NCBI GenBank assembly: GCA_963781585.1
Contig: CAWAGQ010000010.1
Span: forward strand, 96,001 to 160,000
Origin: an uncultured Gemmatimonadaceae bacterium
GTDB taxonomy: Bacteria; Gemmatimonadota; Gemmatimonadetes; Gemmatimonadales; Gemmatimonadaceae
Direction: 5' to 3'
Length of the DNA: 64,000 bases
Of this stretch, positions 28,775-38,298 are shown one piece after another. Every line of letters starts with the position of its first letter. The first letter of the stretch is position 1. A program made the position numbers and the translations under genes. A model generated the notes under the pieces. The model made no database searches and had not been told where the DNA came from. It saw only the letters and a list, made by a program, of their open reading frames with translations.

Positions 28775-28815
28775 ACGGAGCGGGTGAGACCGGAAGGTCT
28801 CGCTCGCTCCGTTTT
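28775..28815 (+). terminator. Intrinsic terminator after the lipoprotein cytochrome
   Basis: 17-bp stem (two G-U pairs), GGAA tetraloop, TTTT. Confidence 0.75.
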
Positions 28816-29120
28816 GGTTCTCCCCGGCGTTATCTTCGGCCGGTCAATTGATTCGCCGGACCCGCGCGGATGATGCCTCTCCCCGGACCAGATGTGTTGA
28901 TCGCGCTCCAGGACCCCGAGCAGACGAGCCACCACAGATTGGCTCCAGCTTTCTCAGCGAGGAGCGAGGGACGCACCGGACGCGAGTGCGCGACCTGCCA
29001 TCTGACCACCTGGCAACCGGTCAACGCGGGCGGAGCGCCGTGAACGCGGGCGCCTTCTTTCGCGCCGGCCGCGACGTGTTGGACGGATCCGCTCGTGACG
29101 CGCCTCGACCGTTGCAGCAG

Positions 29121-30638
29121 GTGAGCGGGGCTGGCGGGTTTCGGCGTCGACGCCTTGTGCCGCTGCTGGCGCTTCTTGTGGCTGGTGGTGGCCGCGTGGC
29201 GACGGCGCAGTCGGTGCGGGTGACCGGTACGACTTCGGTGCAGACGGTGGACCTGCGGCCGCTTGTGGACGACAGCGTGCTTGCCACCGAAGCCGAGGGG
29301 ACAGGTCCGTATCGGCAGCTCGCCGACGGCCGGCTGGTGCGATGCGTCGATCCTGAGCCCTATTGCCGGTTCCGTCGCTCGGGTGACCGGGTGACCGCAA
29401 TGCCGCTCGTGCAGGACCTGCAGGGGACGGCGTGGGGATTCGGTGAGGGCATCAGCCTGCATGCGCACGTCCGCGCGCGCGCATCGCTTTCCGGCAACGA
29501 GTTCCTGTGGCCGCGTGCGGACGATCACTTCGATGCGCTGGAGGCGTATCTGCAGGTCGACCGGGAGCACTGGCGAGCGAAACTGGGGCGGCAGTGGGCA
29601 GCCAACGGGCTCGGTCTCTATAACTTCGACGGCGGCGCGGTCCAGGTGCGTCGTGGGCGTGCGTCGCTGGAGGCATTCGGTGGGCTGAGTCTGGTGCAGG
29701 GACTCAACGAAGCACCCACGGGGGGCACGCTCGGCGACATCAACGATCTTCCGCCGGACCAGCGCGGCTACCTCCTTGGCGTCCGTGGCGCTGCGAAGCT
29801 GGGCTATGGCTCCCTCGCCGGCGTGTACCAGCGGGTGATTCGCGCCGATCGCGGAGGATTGTACTCGGAGCGATTCTCGCTCGACGGGTCACTGCGGGCC
29901 CTGGGCACCGCGTTCGATGGGTCGTTTGTGTACGACATGGTCGCCGCCCGCGTCAACGAGGCGCGAGTGCGGGCCACGCGGCAGCTGCCCCAGGCGATAT
30001 CGGCGTCCGTCGACGTCTGGCGGCATCGGCCGTTCTTCGAGACCTGGACGATCTGGGGTGCGTTCTCACCGGTTGGGTTCGACGAGGCTCGGGCCACCCT
30101 CGGCTGGCACAGCGCGACCGGCCGCCTGCTGGTTGACGCCAGCGGCGCGTGGCGGCGATACGAGGATCCCTCCACCGGACTCGAGTCCGTGCCGTTGAAG
30201 AACGACGGCTGGCGCACCGGGGTGGCCGGGCAGTGGACGCCGAGGCGGACCTGGACGGTGCATGCCGACTACGACATCGACATCGGATTCGGCGCCTCCA
30301 TCAGCGATGCCTCGGCCGGCGTGCGCTGGACGCCTAACGAGCGCGTATTCGTCGGCGGCGTGCTCAGCGCCCTCCAGAACATCTACGAGTTCCGCGTGGG
30401 TACCGGGCGCATCCTGGGAATCGGCGCCGAGGCCGGTGCGACGGTGGGGCGCGACACGCGGATTCTCGCCGATGCGGCCTTCTACGGGCAGCGCGGCACC
30501 AACGGCGCGCCCTTCACCGACTGGGGCCAGCGACGGGTGTCGGTCCGCCTTGAGTGGACGCTTGGCCGGGATGCCGGCGAGGATGCGTTGCCTCCATCCA
30601 GCGCGCCGAACGGCGCGCGGAAGGGAACAGCACCATGA
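29121..30638 (+). CDS. Putative outer-membrane beta-barrel (porin) of a cytochrome cluster
   Basis: Sec signal (RRRR, hydrophobic core, ATA); alternating amphipathic strands rich in aromatic residues; KLGRQW...FDG segment; ATGA overlap with next cytochrome; start estimated. Confidence 0.7.
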   Translation: MSGAGGFRRRRLVPLLALLVAGGGRVATAQSVRVTGTTSVQTVDLRPLVDDSVLATEAEGTGPYRQLADGRLVRCVDPEPYCRFRRSGDRVTAMPLVQDLQGTAWGFGEGISLHAHVRARASLSGNEFLWPRADDHFDALEAYLQVDREHWRAKLGRQWAANGLGLYNFDGGAVQVRRGRASLEAFGGLSLVQGLNEAPTGGTLGDINDLPPDQRGYLLGVRGAAKLGYGSLAGVYQRVIRADRGGLYSERFSLDGSLRALGTAFDGSFVYDMVAARVNEARVRATRQLPQAISASVDVWRHRPFFETWTIWGAFSPVGFDEARATLGWHSATGRLLVDASGAWRRYEDPSTGLESVPLKNDGWRTGVAGQWTPRRTWTVHADYDIDIGFGASISDASAGVRWTPNERVFVGGVLSALQNIYEFRVGTGRILGIGAEAGATVGRDTRILADAAFYGQRGTNGAPFTDWGQRRVSVRLEWTLGRDAGEDALPPSSAPNGARKGTAP

Positions 30639-32134
30639 CCCGCTGGCGCCTGCCGACGCTGGTACTGGTCGCATGGACGGTGCTGGTTCCCGCCGCTCTG
30701 GGGGCCCAGCGTGGCGCGGCGTTTCCGCACCGGCAGCATAGAAGTCTCTTTCCGACCTGCACCGGATGCCATGCCGGGATTGCGACCGGCAATACCGCGA
30801 CGTCGTTCCCCACGCCGGATCAGTGTCGCCAATGCCACAACGGCACCGATGTGCGCGCCGTGACCTGGTCCCCGCCAACGCCGTCCGCCGGGATGCTCAA
30901 GTTCTCGCATCCGGTGCACGCGCGCAGCGCCGATTCGGCTGCGCGCGCGTGCGCAACCTGCCATTCTCCAGGCGACACGGCGTGGATGAACGTCTCGAGG
31001 CCGGTCCCCGCGACCTGTCTCTCCTGTCACACGCACGCCGCGAGCGGACATCTCGCCGACGACAACGCCTGCGCCACCTGTCACATCCCCCTGACCCAGG
31101 CGCGCGCGCTGACCCGGGAACGAATCGCTGCCTTCCCCCAACCCCCGTCGCACGAGCAACCGGACTTCGTGAGTCATCACGCCCCCGCCGCGGGCGACGT
31201 GTCGCACTGCGCCATCTGCCACGCCCGCGAGTCGTGCGCGCGCTGCCATGTGAACGCCTCCACACTGCCGGCCATCGCCGCACTGGATCGGGATGCGCGT
31301 GTCGCGGCGCTGGTTGCCGGGAAGGCGCCGGTCTACCCCACGCCGGTCGACCACCGGAGCAGCGAGTTCGCCTGGAGCCACGGGACCGTCGCGCGCACCG
31401 CGCGCGATCGCTGCGCGACCTGTCATGCGCGGGCGAGCTGCGAGGCGTGCCACACGCGTGAGACCGCCAATCCGGTCGTGCGCGGGATGCCCCGTGCCGC
31501 GGGCGGTGCGGCGGGCGTACAACTCGTGCATCCACCGATGCCCATCCGTGCCCCGGCTGCCGCCAGCATGCCATCGCTGGTCGCCGTCGCCGAGACCATT
31601 CCCTCCGGCAGCGCGCCCGCGCCGCGGATGGTTCGCGTGCACGATCCCGGATTCCGCACTGCGCACGGAGGTGAGGCAGCGTCGGGCGCGCTGACCTGCA
31701 CCGGCTGTCACGCGCAGCGATTCTGCGCCGACTGCCATGGCGGCGAGGGGAAGCGGCGCTTTCACCCCGCCGACTACGTGTCGCGACACGCGGCCAATGC
31801 CTGGGGCAGGGAGACCGAATGCAGCTCCTGCCACAACGCCGAGGCGTTCTGCAAGGGGTGTCACCAACAGGCGGGACTCGCCTCGAAAGGCCGGCTCGAC
31901 GTGGCCTATCACTCGGCGCAGCCGCAGTGGCTGCTCCAGCACGGTCGCGCGGCCCGCCAGGGCCTGGCCAACTGCACGACCTGTCACACGCAGCGCGACT
32001 GCCTAACGTGTCACTCGACCGTGGGGTGGGGCATCAATCCCCACGGCCCCGGATTCGACGCGGCGCGGATGGCGAAGGTCGCCGCGCCCATGTGTCTCGC
32101 CTGTCACCTGCAGGTGCCGGGTCGTTCACCGTAG
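30635..32134 (+). CDS. Periplasmic 16-heme c-type cytochrome
   Basis: Sec signal; 16 CxxCH counted; N-terminal c3/c7-like FxHxxH units followed by five paired CxxCH modules. Confidence 0.9.
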   Translation: MTRWRLPTLVLVAWTVLVPAALGAQRGAAFPHRQHRSLFPTCTGCHAGIATGNTATSFPTPDQCRQCHNGTDVRAVTWSPPTPSAGMLKFSHPVHARSADSAARACATCHSPGDTAWMNVSRPVPATCLSCHTHAASGHLADDNACATCHIPLTQARALTRERIAAFPQPPSHEQPDFVSHHAPAAGDVSHCAICHARESCARCHVNASTLPAIAALDRDARVAALVAGKAPVYPTPVDHRSSEFAWSHGTVARTARDRCATCHARASCEACHTRETANPVVRGMPRAAGGAAGVQLVHPPMPIRAPAAASMPSLVAVAETIPSGSAPAPRMVRVHDPGFRTAHGGEAASGALTCTGCHAQRFCADCHGGEGKRRFHPADYVSRHAANAWGRETECSSCHNAEAFCKGCHQQAGLASKGRLDVAYHSAQPQWLLQHGRAARQGLANCTTCHTQRDCLTCHSTVGWGINPHGPGFDAARMAKVAAPMCLACHLQVPGRSP

Positions 32135-32284
32135 CCGTGGATTGACGGCGCCTTCGGGGTGGTGCCCGCTGGTCGCAGCGGGCATTTCCCTTACGTCGTG
32201 CCGGATTCTTGCGGACTGACCGAGGACAAGTCGACAACCAGACTGGGGCGCATGTCCCGGACCCGTCCGCAAACGGAGGCGCCC

Positions 32285-32851
32285 ATGATTCGAGTGCGCG
32301 ACATCATGACCCCGCACGTCGTCACGCTCGCGGCTGATGCCACACTGCGTGACGCGGTCGACACGCTGGTGACGTGCCGCATAGGCGGAGCGCCGGTACT
32401 GGAACGCGGGAAGGTCGTGGGCGTGCTCTCGGCGCCTGACGTGCTGGAGTTCGAGTCCGTGAATCCGATCGAGGAAATGCGTGACGAGGAGGAGGACGAC
32501 AGCAGTTTCAGTCCAGCGTCGGAATGGGACGAGGGGGCCGAGGCTCCGTCCGCATTCTTCACCGATCTGTGGACCGACGATGGGTCTCCGGTCTCCGAGC
32601 GGTTCCAGTCCACCCGTGGCCCTGAATGGGACTTCCTGGCGGACCATAGCGTCGGCGAAGCGATGACGCGCTCCGTCTGCACGGTCCCGGGCGCCCTCGA
32701 AGTGTCCCTGGCGGCTCAGCGGATGCTTGCCGCTGGCGTGCAGCGGGCCCTCGTTACCTCCCACGGCAAGCTCGTCGGCATCCTGACCACAACCGACATC
32801 TTGCGCGCGGTCGCCGAGCGCCGCCTGAGCGAGGGCGCTCCAGTCGGCTGA
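32285..32851 (+). CDS. CBS-pair protein with acidic insertion
   Basis: VRDIMT...VVGVLS..D and VGEAMT...LVGILT..D; GGAGG RBS. Confidence 0.85.
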   Translation: MIRVRDIMTPHVVTLAADATLRDAVDTLVTCRIGGAPVLERGKVVGVLSAPDVLEFESVNPIEEMRDEEEDDSSFSPASEWDEGAEAPSAFFTDLWTDDGSPVSERFQSTRGPEWDFLADHSVGEAMTRSVCTVPGALEVSLAAQRMLAAGVQRALVTSHGKLVGILTTTDILRAVAERRLSEGAPVG

Positions 32852-32912
32852 GTGGACGGCGGCTGGTTGACGTACAGGACCGCCGATCCCCGGGACCACG
32901 CATCGAGCCGAT

Positions 32913-33422
32913 CTACGGAGACGCGACGATCCTGGTGCGTGTCGCCCACCACGTTCCCTTCTGCGGTGGGGTGTGGTGCTCGCTGTGCCGGATGACAAAG
33001 TCGCCTTCGATGCGGTCTCCAAGCAGGTCGCCGCGAAAGGTCGTGAGCAGCTCGCAGCCACAATCGGGCGATTTGTACGGTCTGATGGTGCCGAAGATCG
33101 TCGTGCCACTCACCCGCACAAAAGAGATGGTCAGTACCTGCGGATGCTGCCGCACCGGCGGCGTCGGCATTGCGGTCTCCGGTGCCGACGGCATCTGCTC
33201 TCGGGGAATCATGACCACGTCTCCGTAGGCGGTGTCCCGTCCAGTGGAGAGCTTGAAGGTGATCGAGCCGGTGCGCCCCGTCTCGTTGCTGCGGTATTCG
33301 CCGTTCCATTCACCTGCCAGTTCACGCAGATCGCCCGCGGCCCCGATGACCGGCACGGGATTCGGATGAATCGCGCATCCTGCGCCCAGAATCGCGATCG
33401 CCAACGCGGAGCAGATTCGCAT
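32913..33422 (-). CDS. Hypothetical lipoprotein
   Basis: LGAGC lipobox; LAGEWNGEY beta-rich domain; GGGAGG RBS. Confidence 0.65.
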   Translation of the reverse strand: MRICSALAIAILGAGCAIHPNPVPVIGAAGDLRELAGEWNGEYRSNETGRTGSITFKLSTGRDTAYGDVVMIPREQMPSAPETAMPTPPVRQHPQVLTISFVRVSGTTIFGTIRPYKSPDCGCELLTTFRGDLLGDRIEGDFVIRHSEHHTPPQKGTWWATRTRIVASP

Positions 33423-33661
33423 CGGTCCCTCCCAGTCGTTGATCCTGCTTCCCCCGGTCCGTCACTCCTGTACTCCCACGATGATCCTCCTTCGAGCGCC
33501 GGGGAGTCGGGAAGACCTGAACAGCGGGTAAGAGTATCTTGCCCATACGAATGGCGTTGAAGGGTCCGGAGCGGAGGCCCGGCACGGGCGTCTTCCCTGA
33601 CGCGTCGAAGGAGTTCCGCCGACATTACGGGGCGGGGTCTCCAGTGGAACGTTCACCAGAG

Positions 33662-35551
33662 GTGCCTACGCCAGATCACGCTTCGCAGCGCGCCCTGCGC
33701 GCGGCGGTCATACCAGCCGCGGCCGTCGTGTTCGCGATGGCCGGTGCCGCGCTGCGCCTCACGAGCGCGAACCCGCGCTGGGGCGATGCCACCTGGATGG
33801 CGGGTCTTGTCATTGCCGGCGCGCCCGTCGTATGGCGCACGATCGGGCGCATTGCCATCGGGCACTTCGCGACCGACATCGTCGCGATGCTGGCGATCGT
33901 TACCGCGGTGGCCCTGCGCCAGCCGCTGGCGGGCCTGATCGTCGTCCTGATGCAGACGGGCGGTGAGGCACTGGAACGATTTGCCGAGGGCCGGGCGTCG
34001 CAGGCCGTTCGGCGGCTCGAGGAAGACGCACCGCGCGTAGCGCACCGGATGACAACTCGCGGCACGGAGGATTGCGCCGTAGACGAGATCGCGGTGGGCG
34101 ACAGTCTGCTGGTGCGCCCCGGCGAGATGGTGCCCTGTGATGGCCAGGTGCGCGAGGGAAAATCGCATGTGGACACCTCCCGCCTCACGGGAGAGCCCCT
34201 CCCGCTCACGGCGTCGGCGGGAACGAAGCTCCTGAGCGGAATGCTCAATGGAGAAGGTCCGCTCGTGATGCGCGCCACCGCCCTGTCGCGGGAAAGCCAG
34301 TACGCGCGCATCGTCGAGCTGGTGCGGTCCGCGGAGGCGAGCAAGTCGCCGCTGCAGCGCCTGGCGGATCGGTACGCGATCTGGTTCACCCCCATCACGC
34401 TGGTGGTGTGCGGCGCGAGCTGGCTGTTGTCCGGCGATGCGACCCGGGCGCTGGCGGTGCTGGTGGTCGCCACGCCGTGCCCGCTCATCCTGGCCACGCC
34501 GATCGCCATCATTGGCGGCATCAACCGGGCGGCAGCGCGACAGATCATCATGCGAACTGGCGGAGCGATGGAGCGCCTCGACCGCGTGCGCGTCGCGATC
34601 TTCGACAAGACCGGGACCATCACCATCGGCCGACCGGACGTCTCACGCGTGCGTGTTGTCCCGCCACATGACGAGCGCGAGGTGCTGCGCCTCGCCGGCG
34701 CGCTGGAGCAGCAGTCCGGACATCTGCTGGCGCGCAGCGTCGTGGAAGCCGCCGAACGACTCGGCGGGATTCTGCCCTCGGCGACGGATGCGCGGGAGTC
34801 TGCGGGGCGCGGGATCACCGGCACCGTCGAGGGCCGGCGGGTCAGCGTGGGCGCGCTGGGCTTCATCCGGGAGTCCCTCGATGGCGGGTCCGTCCCCGAA
34901 GCGCTGGACGTCGACGGGACCGGACTGCGGGCCTACGTCGCCATCGACGGCGCCGTGGTCGGCGCGCTCGACTACGCGGATCGCATCCGCCCGGGAGCCA
35001 GCGAATTGCTGGTCCGTCTCAAGGGCCTTGGGGTTCGACGCACGCTACTGCTCTCGGGAGACAGCGAGACGAACGCGCGCGCCGTCGCCCGGTCGGTGGG
35101 CATTCATGAAGTCCGGGGCGATCTCCTGCCCGCCGACAAGGTGGCGCAGGTGGCGGAACTCGCGGCGCGCGAGGGACACGTCCTGATGGTGGGCGACGGA
35201 ACCAACGACGCGCCGGCGTTGAGCCGGGCGGACGTGGGCATGGCGCTCGCCGGCCACGGGGGTGGGATCACCGCGGAAGCAGCGGACGTGGTCATCCTCA
35301 TAGACGATCTGGCGCGGGTCGGCGACGCCATTGCCATCAGTCGGCGAACGATGCGGATTGCGCGACAGAGCATCTGGGTTGGCCTCGCCCTGAGCGGCAC
35401 GGCGATGATCTTCGCTGCCGTCGGTACGATCGCACCGGTGCAGGGGGCCTTGCTGCAGGAGGTCATCGATGTGGCGGTGATCGTGAACGCACTGCGCGCC
35501 AGCTTCGGGGCGCGGCCGGTGGGCGGACGCACGCTGCCGGAAACGCGATAG
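33662..35551 (+). CDS. Heavy-metal P1B-type ATPase, P1B-5 subclass
   Basis: LTGE, TPCP, DKTGT, GDGTNDAPAL, QEVID; start estimated. Confidence 0.88.
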   Translation: MPTPDHASQRALRAAVIPAAAVVFAMAGAALRLTSANPRWGDATWMAGLVIAGAPVVWRTIGRIAIGHFATDIVAMLAIVTAVALRQPLAGLIVVLMQTGGEALERFAEGRASQAVRRLEEDAPRVAHRMTTRGTEDCAVDEIAVGDSLLVRPGEMVPCDGQVREGKSHVDTSRLTGEPLPLTASAGTKLLSGMLNGEGPLVMRATALSRESQYARIVELVRSAEASKSPLQRLADRYAIWFTPITLVVCGASWLLSGDATRALAVLVVATPCPLILATPIAIIGGINRAAARQIIMRTGGAMERLDRVRVAIFDKTGTITIGRPDVSRVRVVPPHDEREVLRLAGALEQQSGHLLARSVVEAAERLGGILPSATDARESAGRGITGTVEGRRVSVGALGFIRESLDGGSVPEALDVDGTGLRAYVAIDGAVVGALDYADRIRPGASELLVRLKGLGVRRTLLLSGDSETNARAVARSVGIHEVRGDLLPADKVAQVAELAAREGHVLMVGDGTNDAPALSRADVGMALAGHGGGITAEAADVVILIDDLARVGDAIAISRRTMRIARQSIWVGLALSGTAMIFAAVGTIAPVQGALLQEVIDVAVIVNALRASFGARPVGGRTLPETR

Positions 35552-35562
35552 GGCTGGCAGCC

Positions 35563-35602
35563 TTGTCAGCGCGCGGTAGCCGCGCCGTCAGAGTGCTGTC
35601 AG
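35563..35602 (+). promoter_or_regulatory. Four direct repeats at 11-bp period (OmpR/PhoB-type binding array)
   Basis: TTGTCAG-cgcg-CGGTAGC-cgcg-CCGTCAG-agtg-CTGTCAG, about 80 bp upstream of the kinase/OmpR-family pair. Confidence 0.5.
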
Positions 35603-35683
35603 CGGGCCCGATTCTGCTGAAGGCTCGTCCTTACGAGGGTCCCTCGGTCTTTCGTCGGCCCGTCTGACACCGTAGCGTGGACC

Positions 35684-37429
35684 ATGCGCCCGGACGGATC
35701 GACCTCATCGATCTCACGCGTCACGCTGCTGGCGGGACTGCTTGGCGCAACGGTGTTTCTTGCCGGCATGCTCGCCTACGAGGCGCACGACGCCGCGCGT
35801 TCGGAGCGTACGACGGCCGAGCACGCGCTGCAGGACTACGCGTCGGTGGCGGCCTGGGAGCTGCAGACGGCCGCCCGCAAACGGCTGGACGCGGCGGCGA
35901 CGCGAGCCCTGGGGCCGCTCGCCGGCCGGGTGGCGGTCACTCCATATGAGGTACTGCCGTCGCTTGCGGCCGTGCGCGCTGCGGCGTCGCAGGAGCTTCC
36001 CTGCGATGACGCGGGCGCCGATGCCGGGCGCCTGTACTTTCGCCTCGACCTGCGGAATGCCGGGTTGGCCACCGCACCCCTGGACGCCGCGCCACGAGGG
36101 GAGCGGGAGGTGCGCCCGCTCGCCCTGCACTTCGTCCGCGACATCGCCAAACCCGAGCAGCCCCTCGGCGTAGTGACGGCGGCGCCACCTGATTCCACGG
36201 ATCTGGTTGTGTTAGGCGCTCGGTATACGCTGCTCCGCGCTCCGGTTGCGGTCTATGGCTTCACGATCTGCCGTTCCGCTCTCGGCGCGTCGTTCTTCCG
36301 AAACGTCCTTCGCGACCATCCGCTTCTCCCTTCGACTGCCGGATCGAGAGTGCCGAACGATTCCCTGTTCGTCGTGGCGGTGGTGCGCACCGATGGCGAC
36401 ACCGTGTTCTCCAGCGGTGGGCCCGACCCGACACCTTTTGCTGCGGAGGCGGCCCTCGGATGGGGCGGACTGCGTACACAGGTGGCGATCCGGCGCGTTG
36501 CGATCGTGCAACTCCTCGTCCGCCCGCCGGTCCGTTCCCGCCTTGCGGTGCTGCTGGGTCTCCTGGTATTGACGGCGTCGCTGGCCGCCGTGGCCGTGCT
36601 GCAGATCCGGCGCGAGCACGAGCTTGCGAGACTGCGCGCCGACTTCATATCGAGCGTGTCGCACGAGCTGCGTACACCGCTTGCACAGATCCTCCTGTTC
36701 GGGGAGACGTTGAGCCTGGGGCGTGCGCGGAGCGAACCGGAGCGGCGCCTGGCCGCCCGCACCATCGTCCAGGAGGCGAGGCGCCTGATTCACATGGTGG
36801 AGAACATCCTGTCCTTCTCGCGACAGCGGAGCGGTGATCAAGCGCTCACGGTGCGCCCGGTTGCCATTGGCCCGCTGATCGACACGATTGTCGCACAGTT
36901 CGCGCCGCTGGCCGCGGCCGCGGGCGTGACGTTGGAGGCGCGTGCCGACCCCGGCGTCTTCGTCATGGCCGACGCGGGCGCCGTGCGGCAGATCATCCTG
37001 AATCTGCTGGATAATGCGGTGAAGTACGGGCCCGCGGGGCAGACCGTTCGGGTCTCGGGGGCCTGCCACGGGGACGGGGTGCGCGTGGCGGTGGAGGATC
37101 AGGGGCGCGGTGTGGAGCCGTCGGACCGCGAGCGTATCTGGAGCCCGTATGTGCGACTTCGGCGCGTTGCGTCGGATGGGATTGGTGGTAGCGGCCTCGG
37201 TCTGTCGGTGGTGCGTGAGCTGGTGGAGGCACTGGGCGGGCGGGTGACGATCGAGGACGGCGTCGCAGGCGGGGCGCGATTCGTGGTGGATCTGATGCGG
37301 GCGGACGGCTGGGCGCCGGGCCCCCCCCCCGAATCAAATATATCCGCGCTGGCCCGATCACACCGTCATCAATCGGTTGCCGCGCGAAGCACGCCGCCGC
37401 GATCGCCACAGCAGGGTGACACGCTGTGA
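35684..37429 (+). CDS. Membrane sensor histidine kinase
   Basis: Two TM segments; SHELRTPL; NLLDNAVKY; GSGLGL. Confidence 0.92.
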   Translation: MRPDGSTSSISRVTLLAGLLGATVFLAGMLAYEAHDAARSERTTAEHALQDYASVAAWELQTAARKRLDAAATRALGPLAGRVAVTPYEVLPSLAAVRAAASQELPCDDAGADAGRLYFRLDLRNAGLATAPLDAAPRGEREVRPLALHFVRDIAKPEQPLGVVTAAPPDSTDLVVLGARYTLLRAPVAVYGFTICRSALGASFFRNVLRDHPLLPSTAGSRVPNDSLFVVAVVRTDGDTVFSSGGPDPTPFAAEAALGWGGLRTQVAIRRVAIVQLLVRPPVRSRLAVLLGLLVLTASLAAVAVLQIRREHELARLRADFISSVSHELRTPLAQILLFGETLSLGRARSEPERRLAARTIVQEARRLIHMVENILSFSRQRSGDQALTVRPVAIGPLIDTIVAQFAPLAAAAGVTLEARADPGVFVMADAGAVRQIILNLLDNAVKYGPAGQTVRVSGACHGDGVRVAVEDQGRGVEPSDRERIWSPYVRLRRVASDGIGGSGLGLSVVRELVEALGGRVTIEDGVAGGARFVVDLMRADGWAPGPPPESNISALARSHRHQSVAARSTPPRSPQQGDTL

Positions 37430-38124
37430 CCGGCATCCTCATCGTGGAAGACAACGAGACCCTCGCACTGGGCCTCCGTGGAAACCTCGCGTTCGAGGGA
37501 TACGACGTCCTCGTGGCGCACGACGCGACCGCCGGGCTGCGCCAAGTCCGCGAGCACCGCCCCGATCTCATCATCCTCGACCTGATGCTCCCCGACCGGG
37601 ACGGCTATCGGGTGCTCCGCGAGTTGCGGGAGGCCGGTGATGCGACCCCCATTCTGGTCCTCACTGCGTTAGGCAGCGAGGCCGACAAGGTGCGCGCGTT
37701 CCGGTTTGGGGCGGACGATTACGTGACGAAGCCGTTTGGCATCATGGAGCTGCTCGCACGCGTCGACGCGCTGCTGCGCCGAGCGACAAACGGACGCGGG
37801 TCCCGCGCATCGGCGTCTCCCGCCATCGCGTTCGGCGACGTGCGCATTGACCCGGCCACGCGCACGGCGACGCGCGGGGGCGCGGACGTGGCGCTGCGAC
37901 CGCGGGAGTTCGACCTGCTGCTCGCCCTCGCACGGCGACAAGGACGCGTGGCCGGACGCGCCGAACTGCTGCGCGAAGTCTGGGGATACGACGATTCGGT
38001 CCTGAGCCGGACAGTGGACACCCACATCTCGGAGCTCCGGCGGAAGCTCGAGCGTGATCCGGCCGATCCCCGGCACATTCTCACCGTGCTCAAATCCGGA
38101 TACCGCCTGCGGCTCGATCCATGA
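37426..38124 (+). CDS. OmpR-family response regulator
   Basis: LDLMLP, GADDYVTKPF, RTVDTHISELRRKLE. Confidence 0.95.
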   Translation: MTGILIVEDNETLALGLRGNLAFEGYDVLVAHDATAGLRQVREHRPDLIILDLMLPDRDGYRVLRELREAGDATPILVLTALGSEADKVRAFRFGADDYVTKPFGIMELLARVDALLRRATNGRGSRASASPAIAFGDVRIDPATRTATRGGADVALRPREFDLLLALARRQGRVAGRAELLREVWGYDDSVLSRTVDTHISELRRKLERDPADPRHILTVLKSGYRLRLDP

Positions 38125-38298
38125 TGCTGCTGTCGAAGCGCTGACAGAGCCCGGACCTGGCCCGGACCGACGAAACGGCCCGCCGGTGCGAATATGGTAT
38201 CGGTCGCCGCGTGATCAGCACGCGGCATTCAGCTCTCAGCAGTCCGCTGGCGGCGGCTGACCTGTGACGCTTGCCCCCGTGACCTTGGCCCGGGCCTC

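Noticed and set aside
28897..28910. FNR-box-like TTGATCGCGCTCCA (and a similar site near 27119)
   Set aside because: The right half-site matches ATCAA poorly; not distinguishable from chance.
27291..32134. Naming the cluster mtrCAB or nrfA
   Set aside because: Heme counts (9 and 16) and spacing differ from decaheme MtrA/MtrC, and there is no CxxCK catalytic site.
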